From the IMG/VR virus record IMGVR_UViG_3300037483_000722, positions 1 to 36,249 of that record: a DNA stretch of 36,249 bases, one strand, 5' to 3'. This DNA comes from a virus. Lineage: Duplodnaviria > Caudoviricetes. Below are positions 17,305 to 26,062 of the stretch, in pieces. The position numbers and the translations under genes were made by a program. Positions within the stretch are counted from its first letter, which is position 1, and each line of letters opens with the position of its first letter. The notes below the pieces were generated by a model. That model saw only the letters and a list, made by a program, of their open reading frames with translations. It made no database searches and was not told where the DNA came from.

Positions 17305-17664
17305 ATGGCTACCACAATTCGTATCGCAAATCAACACAGCGCAATCATCGCCCTTCCTCGGGTTGGGGGCGGGGGCGTGGTTCTTCCTGCAATTCTATTG
17401 CAGCCTCATTCTGTCACGCCGGTCGATGCCGCCGCGTGGAAGATCCTGAAGGAGTGCAAATCCGTTCAGAACTACTTGGACAAGCATCTGCTCGCGGAAG
17501 TTCGCCGGGATGACATTGGCAACGTACCTATCGAGACGTCCACCGTTGACACCGAGGCCAACGTTCCCGCTCATCTCTCTGGAGACGAAGAGGGCACACA
17601 AGCCAAGGGTGAAGTCAAAGCCAGAGTGACTCGCAAGAAGGCGGGCACCCTCAAGGTAGGTTGA
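17305..17664 (+). CDS. head-associated hypothetical protein
   Basis: RBS GGAGG; usual position after the MCP. Confidence 0.7.
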   Translation: MATTIRIANQHSAIIALPRVGGGGVVLPAILLQPHSVTPVDAAAWKILKECKSVQNYLDKHLLAEVRRDDIGNVPIETSTVDTEANVPAHLSGDEEGTQAKGEVKARVTRKKAGTLKVG

Positions 17665-17717
17665 TAGAGTTGCCGACTCCGGTCGGCGGCTCCATTCAGC
17701 TTATCTAGGAGGTCGCT

Positions 17718-18230
17718 ATGCCAACAGGATCAAAAGTCGAAGAAGTTTATAGCGCTCTTCGCGACGACGGGGGGGGGAGCAAGGAAAAGGCAGCTTGCAT
17801 CGCGCAAGCTCAAACGGGGTTGTCCCTCGCCGCGCGTAAACCATCGAAAGGAACGGAGAACATGGGTAAGATTGTGACACTTGAATATTCTGTGAACGGA
17901 AAGCGGCAGCTTCTTGGCGCGCCTGAAGATCAAGTCCAAGACAGCATCGACCGGATGACAAAAGTATTTGGCGATAAATTCAAAGTCATCAAAGTTCACA
18001 AAGCCAGCAACTCCTTCTCCGACGGTCGCCAGCGCGCGATGAATGCGATTGCAAAGATGGACAAAGGCGCTGTATTTCAGAACGGCATGGTTGATGTAAT
18101 GCTCGCCGATGGGACGACAGGAAAAGCAGCCCCAGGCACGAAGGTTGGTGATCAAGTATCTGTGAGCTTTCATGATAGCAACGGGATGCCAAAAACAAAA
18201 AGAGGCATTGTTGTTGAGGTTTTTGAGTAA
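17718..18230 (+). CDS. modular small protein with SFSDGRQRAMNAI motif
   Basis: RBS AGGAGG; possible internal start at 17862 (GGAG); G9 tract at 17769-17777. Confidence 0.7.
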   Translation: MPTGSKVEEVYSALRDDGGGSKEKAACIAQAQTGLSLAARKPSKGTENMGKIVTLEYSVNGKRQLLGAPEDQVQDSIDRMTKVFGDKFKVIKVHKASNSFSDGRQRAMNAIAKMDKGAVFQNGMVDVMLADGTTGKAAPGTKVGDQVSVSFHDSNGMPKTKRGIVVEVFE

Positions 18231-18235
18231 AATAA

Positions 18236-18628
18236 ATGGCCTATACCACTCCAACATATTCCGACTTCATAACGCGATTCTGCCAGTTTGCAGATGTTGC
18301 TCAAGAATCTGTTACCGCGCAACTCGCGCTGAGCATTCAACTTCTTGACGGCGCGACGTGGGACGAATGGTATGCTGAGGCGGTAATGCTCGATGCTGCG
18401 CACAATCTTTTCTTGGATCAGCAGGCTTCAGCGACGGGGCAAGGGGCGAGTGCCGGAACAGCAGGCCCGGTGACGTCTGTTTCTGGTGCAGGTTTATCAA
18501 TCGGGTTCGCGTCGCCTTCGTGGAACGACAAATCAAAATCCGAAAATTGGTATATGAAAACGATATACGGCCAGAAACTTCTCCGGCTCTGGGAGGTTGT
18601 CATTCCAGCGGCAACATTGTCATACTGA
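18236..18628 (+). CDS. head-tail adaptor (DUF4054-like)
   Basis: F..RF.QF, AAHNL, VTSVSG.GLSI.F, WY.KT.YGQ. Confidence 0.85.
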   Translation: MAYTTPTYSDFITRFCQFADVAQESVTAQLALSIQLLDGATWDEWYAEAVMLDAAHNLFLDQQASATGQGASAGTAGPVTSVSGAGLSIGFASPSWNDKSKSENWYMKTIYGQKLLRLWEVVIPAATLSY

Positions 18629-18629
18629 T

Positions 18630-19112
18630 ATGGCGACGGGCGCAAAGATACAGCAGAAGAGTCCGCTAGCAATCCTCATCCACGCAAGACGCATGGAGCA
18701 GGCGGCAAGGAAAGTGGTGGCGGTCGGGTATCCAAGCGAAAAAGCATCGGCATATCCAACCGGCGAGATGGTAGCAGACGTTGCCGCGAAACATGTCTAT
18801 GGGATAGGCGTCCCGCAGCGGGATTTTATGGGGCTGGCACGGTATGAAATTGAAGAAAAAACTCGTCCAATATTTTTAAAAATGGCGGGAATTGCGTCTT
18901 CTGGAACAATCAACCAAATAGCAGCTCTTCAAAACGCAGCAGGGCTAGCGGCGCAGGCGGCAATCCAGCAGGCAATTATTGATCTTGACTCGCCTCCAAA
19001 CAGCCCAGCAACGATAGCAGCAAAAGGATCAAGTAATCCTCTGATAGACACAGGACATATGAAGGATTCTACGACGTTTGTTGTTCGGAATCGACGCGGA
19101 GGGGGACGATAA
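18630..19112 (+). CDS. neck / tail completion protein
   Basis: G.GVPQRDFM, PPNSPATIAAKGSSNPLIDTGHM. Confidence 0.8.
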   Translation: MATGAKIQQKSPLAILIHARRMEQAARKVVAVGYPSEKASAYPTGEMVADVAAKHVYGIGVPQRDFMGLARYEIEEKTRPIFLKMAGIASSGTINQIAALQNAAGLAAQAAIQQAIIDLDSPPNSPATIAAKGSSNPLIDTGHMKDSTTFVVRNRRGGGR

Positions 19113-19501
19113 TGTTTCCGTTTGACTCGCCATTATCCACAGCGTTGTCGTTCTTCATGTTTGCTGTGCAGATAAAAGACGTCATCTACTCCCATGACGT
19201 GACGGACGGGATAGACAAACAGTCAGTTGTCCCTCGGTCAATGCAAGCGGCTATCGATCCGTCTGGCGGGCGAAACATGGATATTGACTTTGGCGGTTCA
19301 GTTGCCGACGGGGATATCGCCATAATCACGGATTGTGTGCTGTTCATGGATGATATCTACGCTGATGGGGCAAGAGAAAAACAAAGCTTCGTCATTTACC
19401 AAGGGAAAAATTATCGCGTTGATGCTGTCATGGATTACGGGCCACAAACGGGTCTACGAGCATATAAAGCCGGGCGCCACGTCACGCAGGACATCATATG
19501 A
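19112..19501 (+). CDS. head closure (stopper)-like protein
   Basis: Gene order; YQGKNYRV...DY motif. Confidence 0.65.
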   Translation: MFPFDSPLSTALSFFMFAVQIKDVIYSHDVTDGIDKQSVVPRSMQAAIDPSGGRNMDIDFGGSVADGDIAIITDCVLFMDDIYADGAREKQSFVIYQGKNYRVDAVMDYGPQTGLRAYKAGRHVTQDII

Positions 19502-20046
19502 CAACGTTTTCGTCACTTTATTCGCAGATAGGCACGATCGTCACAGCGGCAACCAACCGAAAGTGGTGGCGGAAAGGCGGGATGCAGGCGACGCCGCGTG
19601 AGCCGTATGCAACGATATTTCTAGACGGCGGGAATGGCGTAGAGCATGATGTTGTTGAAACTGTCAACAGCTTGATAGGATTTGATGAAATTCCTTGGAA
19701 CGCCTCCCGCGTCGGTGTTCGCGTTGAATTTTTCAGAGGGGACGCTCTCGGGGACGCCTCCCGGTTTCGGTCTGCACTTCAATATGATCAGAGATTTTCC
19801 GACCTCTGGGATAGCATGGGGCTGGCCGGGCCGATAAACATCATTGACATTTCGGGGGCGTTCCGCGCTGATATTGAGCAGCGGGCGGAAGTGCGCTTCT
19901 CTGGTAACGCGAATCTTGCAGGTGATGCAATCATCGCAGACAATTCAATCCAAGAGATCGAAACAATAAACATCAACGTCACGCACGTTAAGTCTGATGA
20001 ATCAGAAACAGACATCGTCGTGGCAATCGAAAACACGGAAAATTAA
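19498..20046 (+). CDS. tail terminator / neck protein
   Basis: Directly before the sheath gene; P..PYATI motif. Confidence 0.7.
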   Translation: MTTFSSLYSQIGTIVTAATNRKWWRKGGMQATPREPYATIFLDGGNGVEHDVVETVNSLIGFDEIPWNASRVGVRVEFFRGDALGDASRFRSALQYDQRFSDLWDSMGLAGPINIIDISGAFRADIEQRAEVRFSGNANLAGDAIIADNSIQEIETININVTHVKSDESETDIVVAIENTEN

Positions 20047-20058
20047 AGGAGATTTGTG

Positions 20059-21576
20059 ATGTCCTATGTAACAGCCAGCACAAACTTGCCACGGTCGCTT
20101 GATGTACAAATCTCGCTATCCAGGCCGCAAACTGAGACAAGAACCGAACTCGACGTCATGTGTCTTGCGTGTGAAAATCTCGGATTCTTGCCGGATGCAA
20201 ATCGCGTTCGCTTCTATTCGACGATCGAAGCTGTTGAGGCTGATTTTGCGGCGGGGACGGAGGCACACTTTGGTGCGACGGCGTTCTTTGCTCAAACTCC
20301 ACGAGCGCAAACTTTGGCCATCGGCGAAGTGTTTCTTGCCGATCAACCTGGCTTGAATGTTGCTGGATCTTTGACGGCCACCGAGATTGCCGCAATCAAG
20401 CTCATCTCTGATGGGAGTATGGCTGTCACTGTTGGCGGTGTTGCAACAGACGTTACGTTGATGGATTTTACCGCAACAACGGACCTTGCATCTATTGCAG
20501 CAGCGATCGAGGCGCGATTAACCGCTGCCGGAGTGTTGGCAAGCTGCGCCGTACGGGAGTTTCCGGGCGGAGACGAGCGGATCGTTATTACAACTGACGC
20601 AACGGGAGACGCGGCAACTATCGCATATCCTATTGCGGTTGACCCGGCCTCCGGAACATTTGTTGGTGCGCTACTTAATTTGACATCGGCAGAGGGTGGG
20701 TCGGCATTGCAGGGGTATGCCGTCGTGGATATTGCTGACGAGCTATCGAGCATTCAAGCTGCTGCTCAAGCATCTGGCCGGTATCTTTACGGGTGGGCGC
20801 TGGGAGCCAGCTTGCGTGATGCTGCGCTGCAGACGACTGCCGCTGCATGGGCACTTACTCGGACGGTCTGTTTGGTGCTGACCACCAATGACGTGAATGC
20901 GCTCGACGTCGCTTACACAACCGACATCGGCTCGGTCGTCAAAGCGACGGACAACAGACGCGTCGTCACCATTTACCACGACAACATCCAGCGTTACCCT
21001 GACGTCTCAATTCTGGCTTACATGCTGCACGTCAATTATCGATTGCCTGATTCCACCGTGACAGCGAAATTCAAGCAGTTGCCTGGAATCGAGACTGTTG
21101 TCATTACCGAAACGCAGTGGTCGACTCTGCAAGCCAAGGGTTACAACACCTACACAGCCATCGGGAATTCTGCTCGCACTTATCGAGACGGCACCAATCA
21201 ATCCAGCGGTTGGTACATGGACACGCTGATCAATCTTGACAATTTTGTCGAGGATCTTTCTGTCAACGTGTTCAACGTCTTCCTGCGTAACAAGAAAGTG
21301 CCGTATACCCGTGCAGGGCAAATTTTACTTACGGACGCTTGCAATGATACCGGGACGCAGTACGTATTCAACGGCACATTCGCAGACCGGGAAGTTCTTG
21401 ACACCTCTGTCAAGTCGGGCGTGTCGGTTGTCCCGGCGGTACAGGTCATCCCGACTCCGATCAGCTTAATGAGCGCAGCAGACCGCGCGGACCGGGTAGG
21501 CCCGCCGATTGAAATGATTGTCCAAGAGGCGGGCGCAATCCACAGCGTCGCTATTAATGTGGAGGTGGTAAGCTGA
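20059..21576 (+). CDS. contractile tail sheath protein (DUF3383-type)
   Basis: TAKFKQLPGI, GWYMD....LD, KVPYT..G, AGAIHSV.I. Confidence 0.9.
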   Translation: MSYVTASTNLPRSLDVQISLSRPQTETRTELDVMCLACENLGFLPDANRVRFYSTIEAVEADFAAGTEAHFGATAFFAQTPRAQTLAIGEVFLADQPGLNVAGSLTATEIAAIKLISDGSMAVTVGGVATDVTLMDFTATTDLASIAAAIEARLTAAGVLASCAVREFPGGDERIVITTDATGDAATIAYPIAVDPASGTFVGALLNLTSAEGGSALQGYAVVDIADELSSIQAAAQASGRYLYGWALGASLRDAALQTTAAAWALTRTVCLVLTTNDVNALDVAYTTDIGSVVKATDNRRVVTIYHDNIQRYPDVSILAYMLHVNYRLPDSTVTAKFKQLPGIETVVITETQWSTLQAKGYNTYTAIGNSARTYRDGTNQSSGWYMDTLINLDNFVEDLSVNVFNVFLRNKKVPYTRAGQILLTDACNDTGTQYVFNGTFADREVLDTSVKSGVSVVPAVQVIPTPISLMSAADRADRVGPPIEMIVQEAGAIHSVAINVEVVS

Positions 21577-21845
21577 TGAAGGTGAAAATTTCGAGAGCCA
21601 TCGACTACACGAATTCCCCCTTCTCCAATGGTCGTCAACGCGCCATGAACGTAATCAGTGAGAAGATAGAATGCGCCGGTCTTTTCGGGTCTAAGGTCGT
21701 ATACGCTCAAGGGCCATTTAAAATTTACGAAAGAAATTCACAGTTTGGGCACGATTTTGTTATACACAAAGGCGATTTCGTCGTGGACAAAATCCCTCAC
21801 AAAACTTTAGCGGAAGCAAAACAAGCGCTATCAACGTTAAGATGA
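21576..21845 (+). CDS. small protein with SPFSNGRQRAMNVI motif, inserted between sheath and tube
   Basis: 89 aa; 1-bp overlap with the sheath gene; RBS GGAGG. Confidence 0.7.
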   Translation: MKVKISRAIDYTNSPFSNGRQRAMNVISEKIECAGLFGSKVVYAQGPFKIYERNSQFGHDFVIHKGDFVVDKIPHKTLAEAKQALSTLR

Positions 21846-21869
21846 GCGGCGATCCCACAGGAGGATGAA

Positions 21870-22310
21870 ATGAGATTAAATCTGTACGGACAAAACAGGC
21901 ACATTCTGGTTATTGCTGGCGTCCCGATTACAGGGTTCGCCCCCGGAGACTTCCTCAGCGTAAAACTTGAGGGCAACGCGGCCACTCGCACGAAGGGGGC
22001 TGATGGCCCGTCAATGAATCTGACCACGGACCAAGGGGGGACGCTCTCTGTCAGCCTGAAGCCCACTTCCCCGGCTCTTGGGACGCTTTACGCATTGCGT
22101 GACGCACAAAAAGTCAACCCTGTTCTTTTCGGGATTGTGCTTACCACTGGCGTCGAAGAAGTCATCTCTGCAGTTGGCTGTGCCTTCGGCGAGCTGGACG
22201 AAATCACCACCGGCGGCGAAGAAATGGCGGCTCGAAAGTTCAACTTTGAGTGCAGCAAAATTATTCTTGACGTTTCCGGGGTCAACCCGGTTTCGGGCGG
22301 GTTGGTGTAA
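21870..22310 (+). CDS. tail tube protein (DUF3277-type)
   Basis: ITGFAPGDF, KGADG, GTLSVSL.PTSP; RBS GGAGG. Confidence 0.88.
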   Translation: MRLNLYGQNRHILVIAGVPITGFAPGDFLSVKLEGNAATRTKGADGPSMNLTTDQGGTLSVSLKPTSPALGTLYALRDAQKVNPVLFGIVLTTGVEEVISAVGCAFGELDEITTGGEEMAARKFNFECSKIILDVSGVNPVSGGLV

Positions 22311-22311
22311 G

Positions 22312-22677
22312 GTGGCATATACAATATGGGATGCTAAAGGTTCTTTGGTTGGGCACGTCACTCTCGACACAGCAAAACGTGTTCATGGAAGCAATATTGA
22401 AAGTGTCGATCACGAAAAAAAGAAGATTACGCTAAAAAAGTCTTCGCCATATTCCAACGGTCGCCAGCGCGCGATGAACGCGATCGGGACAAAGATGATG
22501 GACTCTGGGATTGAGAACGATCTGCCGCTGAGCCACAGAAAAACGCTGATTGAAGATATTTTGAAATATCAGGACAAGTTGGGGGAAAACAAATACAACC
22601 CGCGCATCTTGTCTGAAATGTCATCCATGAAATTACGGATGGCTCATGAGGATTTGCGAACTCGCTGCGGAGGGTGA
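22312..22677 (+). CDS. small protein with SPYSNGRQRAMNAI motif
   Basis: GTG at 22312 right after the tube stop. The 5' extension to 22078 in the ORF track overlaps the tube gene and is unlikely. Confidence 0.65.
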   Translation: MAYTIWDAKGSLVGHVTLDTAKRVHGSNIESVDHEKKKITLKKSSPYSNGRQRAMNAIGTKMMDSGIENDLPLSHRKTLIEDILKYQDKLGENKYNPRILSEMSSMKLRMAHEDLRTRCGG

Positions 22678-22678
22678 T

Positions 22679-23083
22679 GTGGTTGATCACGATTGCAATC
22701 AAGAAGAAAGCATCAGAGAGATAAAGGGGTCTCTGAAGGAACTTGTCAGTGAATTCCGCACAGAGTTTCGTGGCGTGATGGCTGAGCTGACCGCAGCGCT
22801 CAAGGATGGGCGCGAATACCGCACCCGGATTGAGGCGAATGACGCCGCGATAAAGGAAACGAAAGAGGTCGTTGTTGTTCAGTGGGGGAAGATATCCGAA
22901 TTGGGAAAGCGTCAGGACAAAATCGAAGTGTGGAAAGCATCCGTTTTGTCTCCTATCGCCCGGATTGAAGAGATCCAAAAAGTGATTGACACAGACAGGG
23001 GAGCACGGAAAGTTCTGGCGTACCTCCCGACGCTGATCACCTTCATCTTGACTGTAATCGTCCTTTGGGACAAAATAAAATGA
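22679..23083 (+). CDS. coiled-coil protein with C-terminal transmembrane helix (XhlA-like architecture)
   Basis: GTG at 22679 after GGAGG; heptad-rich body; hydrophobic tail LAYLPTLITFILTVIVLW. Confidence 0.6.
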   Translation: MVDHDCNQEESIREIKGSLKELVSEFRTEFRGVMAELTAALKDGREYRTRIEANDAAIKETKEVVVVQWGKISELGKRQDKIEVWKASVLSPIARIEEIQKVIDTDRGARKVLAYLPTLITFILTVIVLWDKIK

Positions 23084-23095
23084 CAGGAGCGATAA

Positions 23096-23536
23096 ATGAC
23101 ATTACCACGGAGTGATACAGTTATCAACGACATGCAGTACCAGATGATCAAACCGTCTGTGCGGCTGTCTATGCCGATCTGCACAAAAACCGCCGTGCTT
23201 TTAGGCGGAGTGCTGGGCGGGCTCTCTTCGTTAACGGATGCGGGCGCTGACGGATTAAACAAATTCTCCGGGGCAATCGCAAGCGTTGACCCAATCAAAC
23301 TTGACGCGCTATTCATGGAGGCCATTTCAGCTGGGCACCTCCACGCACAATCAAAGCCTATCTCTGACCAGATCGCATTCGAGCAACATTTTACGGACCG
23401 ACGCGGCGACGTGTATCAAGTTTGCGTCTGGTGCCTGTGGGAGATTGTAAAAGATTTTTTTCCGCAGCTGGGAGCCTTTGCCCAGAAAGCGAAGAAGGCA
23501 GCAGCGGAATCCCTATCCCGGACGGATGGTCAATAG
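23096..23536 (+). CDS. tail assembly chaperone (G-like)
   Basis: Upstream of the TMP; FEQHF...VKDFF; contains a slippery T7. Confidence 0.8.
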   Translation: MTLPRSDTVINDMQYQMIKPSVRLSMPICTKTAVLLGGVLGGLSSLTDAGADGLNKFSGAIASVDPIKLDALFMEAISAGHLHAQSKPISDQIAFEQHFTDRRGDVYQVCVWCLWEIVKDFFPQLGAFAQKAKKAAAESLSRTDGQ

Positions 23537-23685
23537 ACTGGTGGATTGGTCGCCCGGTGTGGGAGGGCTTTTGCTCTTGGTCTGAACTTGACCTGATCGA
23601 CATCAAACAGCTGCTTGAAATGCATCGCGCATTGAACTTGAAATGTTACATAGAGGTTGAAAATGGCAAAAACGGTAGTCGATGA
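23455..23685 (+). CDS. -1 frameshift extension of the chaperone (GT-like); slippery site T TTT TTT at 23455-23461
   Basis: The heptamer is in X XXY YYZ phase. The -1 frame gives DWWIGRPVWEGFCSWSEL...LLEMHRAL and ends overlapping the TMP start. Confidence 0.8.
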   Translation, partial: FFSAAGSLCPESEEGSSGIPIPDGWSIDWWIGRPVWEGFCSWSELDLIDIKQLLEMHRALNLKCYIEVENGKNGSR

Positions 23686-25123
23686 ACTTGTAACGCTTCT
23701 CGGGATGGAAATATCCCCGTCAACGCGAGCGAGTATAGCCGCGTTCTCCTCTGCCGTTAACGGAATAAAAACAAAGGTGCTTGCCGCATCTGCCGCATTG
23801 ACAGCCGCAGCAGGTGCGATATCCTATTACGCGCAGCAAGCGAACCAAGCATCATCAGACCTCAAGAAATTCTCCGATGTGACCGGGCTGAACTCCGGTG
23901 TCGTGCAAGAGATGGGATTCGCTGCTGAACTTGCCGGGGGTAGTTTCTCCGGTATGATGAGTGATTTAAAAAGCCTCACCGAAAGCATGAACTCCCCTAT
24001 CCCCGGAGAATTCAATCAAGGGCTGTTTCTGATGGGGATAAACACAAAAAACGCCAACGGAGAAATAAAGAAAACCGATCAAGTGCTGATGGAGGTCTCA
24101 AAGCGGATGCAGGGAATGTCCGCTATTGAACAGTCTCGCTGGGCAGAAAAGTTGGGTGTAGGGGAAGACACCCTTCTCCTTCTCAAAAAAGGCCCAGAAG
24201 CGATTGCAGAATATCGGAAGCAAGCGCAGGATATACCGACGATAGTGTCTCCGGAAGCGTTGGCGAACGCGCAGCTGTTCACGATACAGCTTAAAAAAGT
24301 CAGCCGGATAATCGGGTACGTCGGGCAAGAAGCGGCGTCCGTCGCTGGCCCGGCAATAAAAGGGATCGTTGACACATTTGCCGTGTGGCTGAAAGCAAAC
24401 AAAGAGTTCATCCAGCAGGGGTTGTCAAATATCATAACTGGTGTTGCAGACGGATTCATGAGGTTTTGGAGCGGGATCGTGCAGGTTAAGGATGCCCTCT
24501 TTTCGATGTTTCCTGCACTCGACAACCTTGATGCAAAAATGATAAACGCTCAGATAATTGCGAGGCTGTTGGCCGGGGCTTTGGCGATAATAGCGGTCGC
24601 CGTCGCCGCCGCAACGTATCCGTTTATCCTCGCCGCTGCGGGAATTGCCGTGCTTGCCGTTGCAGCAGAAGATTTTTTCACGTTCCTTGAGGGCGGCGAC
24701 TCTGTCATTGGCCGGGTGATGGAAAAGTTCCCCGGATTCACTGCTCTGATAAAGACCCTTGCAGAGGCTTTTATTTTTGTTGGCAAAATTGTTGGAACGG
24801 TGTTTGTCGGAGCATTAAAGGGTGCGTGGGAAGTCATAAAAATGATACTGACCGGATGGGATGCTATCTTTTCTGGCATCGGTGCGGTGCTGTCTGCGGT
24901 CGGATTGAAAGTCCCAGAGATAACGTTCGGCCATAACGCCGCGACGAGTCCATCTGCGCCAGCGGCGTCCGGCGGGGCTCGAAGCAGCGGTACCACAGAA
25001 ATAAAAATAGAACAAAACATCACCGGAGGGAACGCAACAGGAGCCGCAGCGGAGACGAAGAGGATGACGATTGACGCGTTGCAAGGTTTGATTCCGGGTG
25101 CTGCCGCCCCGGTGGCTGGCTGA
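23663..25123 (+). CDS. tape measure protein
   Basis: MAKTVVDELVTLLG start, Ala-rich helical composition, hydrophobic central segment; gene order. Confidence 0.88.
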   Translation: MAKTVVDELVTLLGMEISPSTRASIAAFSSAVNGIKTKVLAASAALTAAAGAISYYAQQANQASSDLKKFSDVTGLNSGVVQEMGFAAELAGGSFSGMMSDLKSLTESMNSPIPGEFNQGLFLMGINTKNANGEIKKTDQVLMEVSKRMQGMSAIEQSRWAEKLGVGEDTLLLLKKGPEAIAEYRKQAQDIPTIVSPEALANAQLFTIQLKKVSRIIGYVGQEAASVAGPAIKGIVDTFAVWLKANKEFIQQGLSNIITGVADGFMRFWSGIVQVKDALFSMFPALDNLDAKMINAQIIARLLAGALAIIAVAVAAATYPFILAAAGIAVLAVAAEDFFTFLEGGDSVIGRVMEKFPGFTALIKTLAEAFIFVGKIVGTVFVGALKGAWEVIKMILTGWDAIFSGIGAVLSAVGLKVPEITFGHNAATSPSAPAASGGARSSGTTEIKIEQNITGGNATGAAAETKRMTIDALQGLIPGAAAPVAG

Positions 25124-25124
25124 T

Positions 25125-25757
25125 ATGCCATACGCGCCTATCCCAGCACCCGCAATTGGCGGCGCCGTTCTTGCCATTCTGCTAAGACACAAATTGCGCA
25201 CGCAAGCGTTAGGGAAACTCCAGCAAGAGCAAGGGGCGTTCAAACCGCCCGTTGCGTGGGTTGCCGATATCCCTGTGTCTGTGAAAACGCAGGAGAGCTA
25301 TACCTTCGCCGCTGACGTCACAGAGCATGCAGCGGAATCTGGCGCCATATTCGCAGACCACGTAATTCTGCGACCAATAAAAATCGATCTGTCGTTTGAG
25401 GTCACGAATTGGGAGGCAGGGACCGCGCAGCGTGCATTCGACCTTCTTGAAGCGCTGTGGAAATCGAGACAGCCTGTTGATTTACTGACCAGGCACAAAA
25501 CATTAAATAGCATGGTTTTAACAAGTCTTGACGCAACAAACGCTCTGCCTAGTTGGGGCGCACTCATCTTCAGAGCGACCTTTAAGCAAATAAAACTCGT
25601 CACGCTTGAGACAAAAAGTGTGCCCGCAGAGAAAGTCAAAGTAACAGAAAAGACAGGCGGGCCAGATATGCAAAAGTCGGCAGAGACTAAAACGGATGAG
25701 GGCAATAAATCCCTCGGGACGACTGTTATTGACGCTTTGACGGGATTCATAAAATGA
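25125..25757 (+). CDS. baseplate hub / tube initiator protein
   Basis: VTEHAAESGAIFADHVILRP, P.DL.T, F.ATFKQI. Confidence 0.8.
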   Translation: MPYAPIPAPAIGGAVLAILLRHKLRTQALGKLQQEQGAFKPPVAWVADIPVSVKTQESYTFAADVTEHAAESGAIFADHVILRPIKIDLSFEVTNWEAGTAQRAFDLLEALWKSRQPVDLLTRHKTLNSMVLTSLDATNALPSWGALIFRATFKQIKLVTLETKSVPAEKVKVTEKTGGPDMQKSAETKTDEGNKSLGTTVIDALTGFIK

Positions 25758-26062
25758 GCACACTAACGATCCCTTTGACGACAGCAGGAGAAGGAAGGCG
25801 AACTGTCGATCTCAACGGGACGATTGTCACTGTCGTGACTCGCTACAATCATGCTGCTGAATGTTGGATGATGGACGTGCTCGATGTCGAAGGGGAAACG
25901 CTGCTTGCCGGATTAATGCTTGTTCCGGGGGTGGATATTTTGAAAGCGCATCAGCGCCTTAAAGCAACGCTCGGAACGATGATCGTTTTTGAACGCAACG
26001 CGGGAGATTATAAATCGCCAGATAAGTTAGGTGTGGACGTGGTGCTGACATGGGGCCCCTAA
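25754..26062 (+). CDS. baseplate plug-like protein
   Basis: IPL, YN....W.MD, G..LV.GVDIL; gene order. Confidence 0.75.
   Translation: MSTLTIPLTTAGEGRRTVDLNGTIVTVVTRYNHAAECWMMDVLDVEGETLLAGLMLVPGVDILKAHQRLKATLGTMIVFERNAGDYKSPDKLGVDVVLTWGP

Noticed and set aside
22078-22311. 5' extension of ORF 22078..22677
   Set aside because: It overlaps the tail tube gene out of frame; GTG at 22312 is the more plausible start.
18022-22478. 22-bp exact direct repeat ACGGTCGCCAGCGCGCGATGAA (18022-18043, 22457-22478) as a DNA recombination site
   Set aside because: The third copy keeps the peptide but changes synonymous bases, and recombination between the copies would delete essential neck and tail genes. 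A protein motif explains it better.
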